Shown here one piece after another: positions 1 to 11,803 of a DNA stretch of 64,000 nucleotides; position 1 is the stretch's first letter; every line of letters starts with the position of its first letter. The position numbers were made by a program, and so were the translations under genes. The stretch covers positions 80,091-144,090 of the forward strand of contig MQRK01215053.1 in NCBI GenBank assembly GCA_001938485.1, read 5' to 3'. The notes under the pieces are model-generated. The model saw nothing but the letters and a program-made list of their open reading frames with translations, was not told the origin of the DNA and made no database searches. This DNA comes from Girardia tigrina. Taxonomy: Eukaryota.

Positions 1-269
1 TCTATTGAATTGTTTGAATAATACAATTTTTCACAATTTTAATAAATATAATTTACTTTAAAAGGTAACGAAAAAATTAAACATTATTATTTATGAAAAT
101 ATTATTGGGTAATAATGGCAAAAAATATTTTACTTATAAATTTTAAGTATTGAAATAACCTTACTTTGCCCATTCTGAATGTTAATAAGACACTACAACT
201 CATCAATTAAGTCAACATCTAAACATGTCCAATAATTATATAAAAGAAGATTTAATCAAATTATTTTTT

Positions 270-305
<36 letters not shown>

Positions 306-2563
306 TGCTGAAATTGTTATTCTTTAGAACAATCCTTATAGTCATATTCTAATTACTTATTTAAATTTTCCTCTGATGATTTAAATTCAAAACTTTTTTA
401 AAAATAAAAGAAAATACAAGAACTATAAATAATGATTTCGTGTTCAAACTACCTTAACAAAAATATTAATGCCGTCTCAACAATTTTTTCAATGTGCTCA
501 AAGTCAAAAAAGACAAGAACACACGAAGTCATCTTATAACATTCCACAATTGTTAAATAAATCCTCATCTTAAGTTAAAATTTTTGAATATTTAATTTAG
601 GTCAAGTCTAATTTTTATGAAAATTTTAGTTATGTGGTGATTTTTTCTTTTTTGCTCAGAGATTTTTTGGTAAAAGAAATTAATATATTTTTTGTGGTAA
701 ATTAATATTTATTAATAATTGATACTCGTTTCTTATTTTACTTTTGTAGAAGAATGTGCGTCTTCATTAGTTGTATTAGATACATCAGTTTGAAAGCACT
801 TTGTATAAAATTGTATAATTAATATTGTATATTTAGACGTATCCCTTATAACCAATTTAATCTACATAATACCAAATACATAACTATACTTTTTATTTGA
901 ACTAAAAATTCTCAATAACGATTTTTATTTCATTTTTTAATATTAATATTATTTTAAAGATTTTTATAAATATTCTAGATAGTAATTGGTAAGGTGGGTC
1001 ATAAGAACGTAATGCAGTCGACCGTTTATATATTAATTAAAGTTAGTAGACCTTCTTAATCTATAACATATCCATTAATGTTTTTCTCAATTTTTAAAAT
1101 AAATTAAAATCAGAAATTTTTTAAAAAAATGTTTTTTAAATTTAATTAACACTTGTTTTTAAGTCAAACAAAAACGTATATCTAAGTTATAAAAAGGTTT
1201 CGAAAAGTTCATGAATATTATTTCGATAACGCAATGAATCTGAACTTAAAAAAAACAATAACTTTTACATTTAGTATAATTAGATCTAAATTTTTTAATT
1301 TTAGTAAAATAAAATATTTGAATTATTTAAATATGCTAAAACTGTCGGGAACTTGATTAATTTGGAAGACTTAGTAAACAATCAAATCGACATTACCGAA
1401 GCCTGAGAGAGTTTATTCTTAATTAAATTTAAGTTCAGGGGAAATAATTTGGGCATCATTTAATGATGGTCTAGCCAGCTCTATTCATTCTTGTAAGAAT
1501 AATGTCTTAACAAGAAGAGCACAGAAAGTATAATATACATTTATAAAATAAAATCTGTTTAATTTAAAAATGAGTTTTCAAAAATTTTAAAGCAAGTCAT
1601 GGAAAATAAATAAATGTAATTAAAATTTTAAAAAATGAATTAATAATATAATAAAAAAATGTAAAGTGTTCTTTATTAAAATATAAATAATATAATATTA
1701 TCATATTTGTTTTAATGAAATGCATTTTGAATACAATGTTTTTGACCATGTTGAAAAGTCAATATTTTAATAAAATAAAAATATTTTGGTAATTTCAACG
1801 ATTATATATTATTCAATATTAATTTTGTTTGAATTTTTAAAATTAAACCGTTAAAATAAAATTTAGCTTATTACTTAAAATTAAATCAAATCTTTTCTTT
1901 GTTATTTTCATCAAAAATTAAAACAAAATTTAAATTATATTTTACAGAAACGCTGTGGGTTTCCGGGAACATCAAATTTCTGAGACTATTCGCCTTTATT
2001 TCGAGAATTAAATTAAAATAAATTATATAATTTATAATTTAAATTGATAATTTAAGACTATTTCAAATCAAGATTCAGTTTCGATGTTCTAATTTATTTT
2101 TTTCAATATCCTGAATAAATATTTTTTGTACTATGGAAACAAAATACAAATCTTTCTACAGAAATGATTCTCTAAATGTAAAATAATGATGGAACAAGTT
2201 TACCTTCCCAAGTTCAATTGGGGAAAATGGAAAATTAAATTAAAAATTGATTAAACAAAATTATTTTTTCTAATATACAATAAAATATATCTTTTTTAAA
2301 TAATTTTTTATTTATTTATTAATAATAATTCATTATTTATTAATTATTTAATAATTTAAAAAAAGTATTATTTTTTTCGATAATGTTATTGCTTGATTTT
2401 CAAACATTAAGTTCTATTTTCAGTAAGTTCTTTTCATAATTTTTGGAGTACCCAGTATAATATGTTATTAATAATAATTTTCAAAGATAAAAATGATAAT
2501 ATATTAAAATAATTGATAAATTATAATGTATTGAATAATAAATTTCTCATAAAATATGTTTAC

Positions 2564-3683
2564 GGATCATGTTAAAAGTATGCCCCTAAAATAACACAAC
2601 TAAAAAATATTCCCCAGTGTAATAAATACAATAAAAACACAATACAAAATTATGAAATTTATTCATCATTAAAGTAATTTTTCAATAAATTCATCAATTT
2701 TTCAAAAGAATCTCCAGAAACGTTGTCTCACCACATAAACTCATTAAGGTAATCCTGCAAAAATTCTTTTTTGACTCCTTTCATTTTCCTGCACCGTGTT
2801 TTGTTTTTATTTCAATAAGATTCAACATTTTGTGTGTGAATCCCGGTTCTAGGATCTACAAAATTAATCGAATGATTAACTGTACCATGATCATATCCTA
2901 GAGCATTTAAATTGGAATATGCTCTCCATTCATCACTGTGAATAATTGTACCCGGCAATATTACTTCACAGATAATGGGTCTGAAAATAACCGCAGATCT
3001 GTTTGGAACCACTCGCATTATGCCTCTCGCCGGAGTTACAGATGTATCTACGATACCAAATACCAATACCTGATGGTTAACAACTCTGCCACGATGATAT
3101 TTTTGTTTGTGGCAAAAAAGACTTTCATCGATTTGACAGATTACATTTTCGCCACCCAGTCTTACAGGATTAGCTTCAAAATATTCAAAAATGCATTTTC
3201 TTATGGTTTTGAATATTTTAATAAGGTTGGGCGTTGATACAGTCAAAGACCATTGAATCGCCACAATTGATTCCTCATTGCTCCATCTGTAGAGCAAATC
3301 TATCCATGTTTGAAGACTGATTCTAGAAATGCCCAAAAAAGAATTAGTTCTAATTGACAAAGTTGTTTTGTATTTTGAACATCTCTTATTTTGGCATTTC
3401 CAGATAATATTGGTCTATAACACTTTTCTTATCTGTCCAGGTCATTACCTCGCCGCAACTGCCACACTTCATTGATGATTTCAAAATACCTTTTGTTTTA
3501 AAAAAATGCTATCGTGCCTTGTAAATCATCATTCATTAGTCTTCTTATGATTGTTTCATACGTACTAAGTGACATGATCCAAAAAATATTTATGAACATT
3601 AAAATATATAAGATGTATTTATAATGAGGTATCATTACACAACTAAAAAATATGCTCCTGGTGGCATATTTTTAACAAGATCC
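2564..3683 (-). mobile_element. Full-length Merlin (IS1016/ISXO2-like) DNA transposon with defective transposase
   Basis: TIRs GGATCATGTTAAAAGTATGCC / GGCATATTTTTAACAAGATCC. Perfect 9-bp TSD TATGTTTAC (2555-2563, 3684-3692). ORF carries QIDES, IHSDEWRAY, VNHS, HTQNVES motifs. A frameshift near the N-terminus and TGA stops after ESY. Confidence 0.95.
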
Positions 3684-3787
3684 TATGTTTACAAAAATTT
3701 ATTAAGGATGACATATATTTAATTGTGAAATAATACAGTACATCTTTTTTATAATTTTGAATATATATAGATTTATTTTGTTTTTAG

Positions 3788-4008
3788 ATCACAAATTTTC
3801 TCTTGTTCGTTCGTTATGGTTGATTTGGTCAATGTTGTTTGGAGCCTCCGTCAACACAGACAATCCAAGAGGAGTAGCCAGTCGTTTCTTAGCGAATATT
3901 TGGGCACTTTTTGCTTTGGTGTTTCTAGCAAGTTACACTGCGAATTTGGCGGCCTTTATGATTGCTAAAGATGATTACTATGATCTTGAAGGAATAAAAG
4001 ACTGGCGG
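3788..4008 (+). CDS. Nmdar2: NMDA receptor GluN2 subunit, internal exon (M2 pore loop, M3)
   Basis: Acceptor ttttAG at 3786-87, donor GTtggt at 4009. Encodes [28 protein letters not shown]...[21 protein letters not shown]...DWR, with the iGlu[10 protein letters not shown] gate and GluN2-type flanks. Upstream exons were not found in the window. Confidence 0.96.
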
Positions 4009-4799
4009 GTTGGTAGGCAGATACTATTTTTTAACTTATTTGTTTACATTTTTTATCCTTGTAACAAAGAATAAGCAAAAAATCTATTCTTTTCCTTATT
4101 ATTATTACATATTCCAAGTAATATATCATTCACAATATCAAATATTTATTATTATAAAAATTAGAAATGTTTTTGTTTAATTTAATTATTCAAATTTAGA
4201 AGTTATTAATTGTTAAAATTGAAGTTAAAGTTAAATTATTTTTGAAAAATTAGAATTAGAGATATTGAAATCATCAAAACAACATATAAAACATCAAATG
4301 CACATCCTCTGAAAGTATTTCTTACAACATGGTACGACAGACCATAGGTACTCTTTATTCATAGTGTTTTTGGTCCATATTTTATTGACTTCAAAATTTA
4401 TCGCAATTTTTCGATTGGTATTTCATTAAAGTGGTTCAAAAGATCCAAATTTTTTTTAATTCTAATTTAGACACTTTCAAATAATAATCAATTGAAGAAA
4501 AAATGACAAAATGTCTTACAACAAAATTCATAAATCAGGAAACCAAAACAATTGTGGTTATTGAAAATTATGATTAACCCACAGCTCACTATAATTGTTC
4601 AGCCAATCAGAGCAAGCTAATTGACTTATTAATTTTAAAAACTCTAGTGGGAACACAGGTTTGGTAAATCAGTCACGAAAATACTGGCGCACTAAAATCG
4701 GTACACTTTATACTCTCAGGAATAATTGAAGAGACTCCTTACTATTTAGCCCTTATAACTAGTAAAAGTCTCAGGAGTGTCAAATCTTGTACACGAATG

Positions 4800-6790
4800 T
4801 GTCTCTAGTTACGACTAAGTTGGAGAGAGGCCAGAGTGGTAATTCTCTTCAAAGGGAAAGGATCTCGTAAAGACCCTAATAACTATTGAGGTATTTTCCT
4901 ACTAGACGTAGGCGGTAAAGTCTTTTCGAGATTTATTGCTAATCGTATTACTCCGATAATTGAAGCCTCACTGGACGAATGGCAATTTGGATTCTGGACA
5001 AGCAGATGAACGCAACAAGCTATCAGCATCTTGAGAAAGTTATAGGAAGAAGTAAGATAGAAAAAATATCCACATTTTTGTAATCTTTATAGATCTGGAG
5101 AAAGCATTCGACAGCGTCTCCAGAGAGTCTCTCTGGAGCTGTTTAAAGAAACTAGGGATAAGGGGGAGAATGCTTGAAGTCATCAAAGCCTTCCATGAGG
5201 GATTTAAAGGTTCAATAGGGAATAAAACCTTCAATATGAACAAAGGAGTTAGACAAGGTTGTGTTTTAGGTCCGCTCCTATTCAATATCGTCTTCAATAC
5301 AGTCCTAAAACGAGCGATATTGAATGGTCTCTCAGGAGGAGCAAAGATGACTACTGAAGATCGAAGCTGTCTCGAGATCAAGAGACTGGCTTACGCGGAC
5401 GATAGAGAAGATAGATAGACACCGACTGGAACAATCATATCAGAAACCTTAATCTATTGAATGACTCATTTGTAGATTTAGGACTAAAGATCAATATCAA
5501 TAAGGCCAAAGTTATGAACCTAAACGGAGATACAAAAGTTCTCACCGCCGGACACCAGCTTGAGACTGGTATTGAGTGGGTATCCAAATTCGTCTATTTG
5601 GGTTCCACAATCTCCTTAAATGGAACCGCTGAAAATGAGATAAGAGAAAGAATTCAAAAGGGTACCAGGAAGATCAAGGACCTCAAACCGGTTCTGAGGA
5701 GCTTCACACTCTCATTACGGAACAAGAAGAAGATTGTCAGCTTTTGTATACTTTCCGTAGTATACTACAGTTGTGAGAATTGGCAAACAGGTAGCAAAAC
5801 AATCAATATGCTGGCTGCCTTTCACAATTTGTGCACTCGCACAATCATGAAAGTGCAGAAGACAGAGAAGATACAGATGGATGCTATCGATATTGGACTC
5901 CCGCTCCCCATGGATATCATTGCAAGCAAAAGACTTGCCTATCATAGCAGGTTGCACACCTCTGATACACAAAACATTGTGAGGTGTATGTGGAAAGCAA
6001 CAATGTCAATGGGAAAGAAGATCAGTGGGAGAAAGAAGCAAGCTCTCTCCGAATGCCTCGCAGTGAATATACAGTGGCTCTTTGGGGATATTGCAACGTA
6101 TGAAAACTTCATACACCACATTGTCCACAGAGACCCCACTATAGAAAGAGAGCAATACATCAACTCCTTAATAAGAGAAGAGAAGCAGAACAGAACAAGA
6201 GCCGATCTGCCGAAATTACTCAATGAGAGAGATAAAATCCTTCAATATACGATAGAATGTTGCTTTAAGGAGTTTGCCGAACAAAAGGAGCTGAATAAAC
6301 ATCTCAAGCGGGATCATACGGATTCCACAGTAAGCATTCCGCTTCAGCGCCCACAAGATGAAAAACTGTTTAAGTGTACCAAATGCAACAAAGGTTACAA
6401 AACGTAAGGATGGTTTACGAGGCATCTGCGTAAAGATCATCGAATAGAGGTGAAGGAGAATATCAATGAACATCCGACAGAATCATGAGCGCAATCTAAC
6501 AGAAGAAGCAACAATCCAGACAGAGACAAAGAACCAAAACTCATCCAAACGACTGACTTTCAGTCAGCAACAGTCACCCCGACTATTTCAATGGTGGTGT
6601 AGCAAACAACTCATCGAAGGAAAAACAACTTTGCGAAGGAAAAGTTCAAATGTACCTTTCGCGGCTGAACCAAATCAACGAATACAGCCAAAGGGATGCT
6701 CATTCATTGTACCACAATCCATAATTGGTCGTTTGCAACAGCCCAAGAAATGTCGGAATCGTGGAAAGAATCGTGGAAGACCCTCATCAA
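4800..6790 (+). mobile_element. RTE-like non-LTR retrotransposon, 5'-truncated, decayed, with C-terminal C2H2 fingers
   Basis: RT motifs QFGF, DLEKAFDSV, GVRQGCVLGPLLFN, LAYADD, FVYLGS; several stops and frameshifts. Confidence 0.9.
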
Positions 6791-9689
6791 AGAAACTACA
6801 GAGTAACCTTAAGTTTTCGTTGATCTTTATATTTCTTTTACATAAAAGTTCAAAGAATCAGAAGTATGTCGGGACTGCATTGGGAGTATACAGAAAACTT
6901 CAGTTATGCAGCTTTAATTATATCCCGAGTTATCGCCATAGTTATTTTTCTTCCTTCTTACAAGCAGTTGCAATGATCTTTCTGTAATATGCTACTTTGG
7001 TCTTGAAGTCTTTATTATAAAAGTTATTTTGAATGATATATTTATGGTTCCAGAAAACGTAAAGCATTATTGTTTGTATATGACTTGTTTCTGTTTACAT
7101 TCTTAAAGCGTTCTTCTCTTTGAGCAATTCAAATTCTTTGAATAACGTTAAGTTTCACGTGAGTATATCTTTAGAGAGTAATCAATCCTTTGTAATTAAA
7201 TTCTCCCGAAAAGTATTGTAGTTTAATGATGATTGTCTTCAATTTTAGGAAGTTCATTTGGGTTGTACATGATCCATCAAAAAATTAAAAATTTGTGGAT
7301 AAGGTCTTATTTTTTCATTAGGCACTGTCAAACAATATTTCACTGCAAATCGATAAAGGAAAATAAACTCAATCGTGAGAACTTAGATGGATTATGGTGT
7401 TTTTAGACAATCCGGTAAGCACATCCTTTTTTCCCAGGTCCCGCGCTTATTGAACACCATTTTTTGAAAATGAATAGATTTAAAAATTGATAATCAACCT
7501 TAACATTTAACATCTCGATTAGGAACCTTTAAATAAAACATGATTACAATTTTGGATTCATAAATATAACTTCGTAATATAATCATTAAAACTTAACTTT
7601 TGAACGTCATAAGCTATATAAACAAAAAGTTAAATTTGAAATAAAAAAATAATTTAAATTTGAATATACGATTTTGTTTATTAAAAAACTGTAATGATGT
7701 ATGATAGAATATCTATAAACAGAACTTCATTATAACATATCAAACTGACTGGAATGACCATCGCAAAGACATTTTATCAACAAACTGTCCATATTCATAG
7801 TACAAACACTCAACATTCTTATAAAAACTGGATTTGAAGAATCATTGATCATTTTTACATGTTGATGAACTCAGTCTGATGAAAATCGTTTGGGGATACG
7901 AATCAATTAAGTTTTAATAAGATTTTGCATGAATATGTTTTTTAAATTCATGTTGGGATCGAGAAATTTCCCAATCGACACCAGGCCAATTCATTACGGG
8001 GGCACTGAGTCTGATGGAAAATTTCTAGGGATCTGAAATAAAATAAAATGATTATTAAATAAATATAATATTAATTAATTAAAACTAACCTTAATTGATT
8101 TTGGACTTTGATCTGAAATAAAAATTATGATTATTAAAATTAATTGAAAAAAAACTTACTTAATTGATCTGACCTTTGGAATCTGAAATTATAAAAACAA
8201 TGATTATTTATTTAGTTATNNNNNNNNNNNNNNNNNNNNNNNNNNNNNNNNNNNNNNNNNNNNNNNNNNNNNNNNNNNNNNNNNNNNNNNNNNNNNNNNN
8301 NNNNNNNNNNNNNNNNNNNNNNNNNNNNNNNNNNNNNNNNNNNNNNNNNNNNNNNNNNNNNNNNNNNNNNNNNNNNNNNNNNNNNNNNNNNNNNNNNNNN
8401 NNNNNNNNNNNNNNNNNNNNNNNNNNNNNNNNNNNNNNNNNNNNNNNNNNNNNNNNNNNNNNNNNNNNNNNNNNNNNNNNNNNNNNNNNNNNNNNNNNNN
8501 NNNNNNNNNNNNNNNNNNNNNNNNNNNNNNNNNNNNNNNNNNNNNNNNNNNNNNNNNNNNNNNNNNNNNNNNNNNNNNNNNNNNNNNNNNNNNNNNNNNN
8601 NNNNNNNNNNNNNNNNNNNNNNNNNNNNNNNNNNNNNNNNNNNNNNNNNNNNNNNNNNNNNNNNNNNNNNNNNNNNNNNNNNNNNNNNNNNNNNNNNNNN
8701 NNNNNNNNNNNNNNNNNNNNNNNNNNNNNNNNNNNNNNNNNNNNNNNNNNNNNNNNNNNNNNNNNNNNNNNNNNNNNNNNNNNNNNNNNNNNNNNNNNNN
8801 NNNNNNNNNNNNNNNNNNNNNNNNNNNNNNNNNNNNNNNNNNNNNNNNNNNNNNNNNNNNNNNNNNNNNNNNNNNNNNNNNNNNNNNNNNNNNNNNNNNN
8901 NNNNNNNNNNNNNNNNNNNNNNNNNNNNNNNNNNNNNNNNNNNNNNNNNNNNNNNNNNNNNNNNNNNNNNNNNNNNNNNNNNNNNNNNNNNNNNNNNNNN
9001 NNNNNNNNNNNNNNNNNNNNNNNNNNNNNNNNNNNNNNNNNNNNNNNNNNNNNNNNNNNNNNNNNNNNNNNNNNNNNNNNNNNNTTAAGTTTATTTATAT
9101 TCTTTTAAAATATTTAAAGATTATTCAGTGGAAATATAAGAAATTATCAGAATATATAGCAACATGATATCAATAGAGATTTGTTCCTCTAGACATGAGA
9201 TGGTATAAGGTATACGAGGAACCCGGAAGGTATTTGATTTTGTTCACTGGTAAATCATTAGGCCAGATGAACCTAATTGGGTATGGTACGAACCATTTGC
9301 CTGTGTTAGAAGAGGAAAGGTAGATGATGTTCGTATCAAAATAATGTGTTGGGTTTATAATAAAAAAAGAAATAATACATAAAAAAGATAATAAAAGCCC
9401 AACATTCAAATGACAATGGAATGTAAAAAATAAACATATATGCGACATGCGTCAAGTAGGAAAAAGAAGAAGTAGTTTCAACAAAAGATTATGGAACAAA
9501 TAAATTAATAAAACTTGTTTAAAACATTATCGATTTTCATGAGTCAAATATCTTCAACGTTTTTTTTAACATTTTCAATTGTTTTTTCATCTATATTTAT
9601 ACTTATTAGAATAGTGGAGACAAATACTTACAAAAAGAAACATTATTCATCAGTGAGAAAAACTAATTTATGAATAAGAATCAATGATA

Positions 9690-10600
9690 GCATAAGAAAT
9701 TTTTGAGTGTAAGTACTTCCTCATTAGTTACTCAGTGATTTATTGCACAATTATTAAAACTTTTCCATTTTACTAAAAGGAAAAGCTCGGTAGTATATCA
9801 GTGAGAATGGAAACGCCAGAAATTCGAACTATAATGTAGTTCGAGTTCCGACGTGAAACCTTATTATCATAAACATTGAGAAACATCAATAGTGTATTTA
9901 GATACCAACGCAGACAGTCTCAAATTAGTTCACGAAATTCAAAAAAGGTAAATTTTACCCTGAATAATGAGTCTCACTGTAGCCCATGCAAAGCAGGTAG
10001 ATAATGTCGAACTGAAAGTGCTAATGATTTATTACTAAAGTTTACGGTTACAACGCAAATAATATTGAATTACTTACTTCAAATCGGTAAAGTGAAAAAG
10101 TTGGATAGGTTGATTCCACATAAGTTGAAGGAACAGCAGAAACAAAAGAGTTTAAATGCTTAGTTGATGGTTGTTTCTCTTTATTAATTTGATCACTTTT
10201 TCAATCAAATCGTCACTTGTAATTAAAATTAAATCCAATAGGCTATTTTCAGATGTTTAGCAAGTAAGGTGGAAACGAATGAAGCACAAAAACACAGTCC
10301 AAAATCACTACATTCATCAAAAGAAGCTGATGGTGAGTATTTGTAAGTCTGCCACATGTGTAATGCCTTACGACTTCATGAAACCCGGCGTGTCGATTAC
10401 ATCAGATGTCTACTGCATTTAATTAGAAAATATGATGAGGAAACTCACAGAAAAAGAGCCGTGTTTGCTAAATAGGTCGACTTTTACTGTATTTACTAGC
10501 TCCACGAAAATCCAAAATCACATACTGCACTTAAGTAAGTGACAAAACTACAGGAACTTGAGTTAGACCTTCTGCAAACTTTACCAAAAATATCATTTGA
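9690..10600 (+). mobile_element. Highly degenerate mariner remnant
   Basis: Broken motifs: IPHKL (WVPHEL-like) ~10110, IVTC ~10210, KLMVSI ~10325. Boundaries approximate. Confidence 0.65.
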
Positions 10601-11293
10601 TGAACATTTCATTCAAATGAACGTTTGAATACTATTTTTAACGTTCTATTTTTTATTACCCAGGATTGTCGTCAGTTCTGAAAAATACAATAACATGTAA
10701 TTTACGAATTTAGAAAATGTTAACATCCCCGTTGTTACATAGAATCATTTTGGATATTTCGTTTTCAGTAGGTCTAATTACGAGTGATGACCGCTCAAAG
10801 TACGAAAGATCAATTGTGAAGAAATAGGAAAAATGTATTTCTTATAGTCTTCTGAAATTTCGAAAAATGTCGCTTAATATCTTAGTGTAATTTAAGTTGT
10901 GTGGGCAACATAAATTTTACAAAGTTATAATTTTCATTCTCAATTTATCAATAAATCTTACTAATTTGAAGTCGAAAGAATTTTAATTTTTCGTTACACA
11001 GTTTTGCAAAAACAATTTCTTTGAAAGAGGTCAGTTAAGTTTTTATTCTTAAAACAAAATTAAAATATAATTTATTTCATTTTTTAAAATTGCGTATTTT
11101 TAAGAATTTGAAATTGAAAAAAATAACAAAATTTGTAACCAATTTGTTATGGAAATATTATATTTATTTTAGATTTAATTATATTAATTCCAAATAATAA
11201 TAATAATAATAAAATGTTGATACAAGTAATATTCGATTGATATTCTTTTATCAATTTCACATTATTTCTTAAATCAAAAGAAAATGTCGAACA

Positions 11294-11803
11294 TTAATGA
11301 TTATAAAATTTTTTGTCCATTTCCGTCGCTATTAGATTTAGGATCTCCATTGTTTTCGTCGCCACAGTCGTTACAGTCTCGATTACCCGCATAACTTTTT
11401 CCGCCCGAGAAATCTCAGACTTTACTTGACCGACATTTTCTGCAATTTTAATACTTTTTTTCAAATTATCCTTCGTCGAACTCATCGCATCTTTCAACTC
11501 GACTTCCATTCGATTCATTTCATTTTTTATACTTTTTATGTCTATTTCTTCCAAATTGTTTGTCGCATTTTCATCATTTAATGATGTGCTTCTCTTTGGT
11601 CTTGTTTGGATATTTTCATTGTCATTGTCCTCCCAACCGGTGTGAGCTGTTTTGATGAAAGTTTCTTCCAATTTATCTTCCTTTGCGGAATCTCTGTTGA
11701 TAATTTCATTTTCTATTGAATAAGAAATGTATGCGCAATAAACTGAATATAATTTTGAAACATACAGAAAAAATAGAATATTAAATAAATGTCTTTGAAA
11801 CAT
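11294..11803 (-). CDS. Intronless nested gene: predicted secreted preproprotein with furin site and coiled-coil mature region
   Basis: Uninterrupted ATG-to-TAA 169-aa ORF in stop-rich DNA, with a hydrophobic N-terminus, acidic pro-region, RPKR at aa 68-71 and a heptad-patterned C-terminal half. No TE motifs. Confidence 0.7.
   Translation of the reverse strand: MFQRHLFNILFFLYVSKLYSVYCAYISYSIENEIINRDSAKEDKLEETFIKTAHTGWEDNDNENIQTRPKRSTSLNDENATNNLEEIDIKSIKNEMNRMEVELKDAMSSTKDNLKKSIKIAENVGQVKSEISRAEKVMRVIETVTTVATKTMEILNLIATEMDKKFYNH

Noticed and set aside
5040-6473. Minus-strand ORFs over the LINE, and similar shadow ORFs over the Tc1, mariner and Merlin elements
   Set aside because: Antisense shadows of TE coding sequence.
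8176-9108. 310-aa ORF, and other X-containing ORFs at 26050, 33287 and 42019
   Set aside because: Artefacts of N gaps and (TA)n runs.
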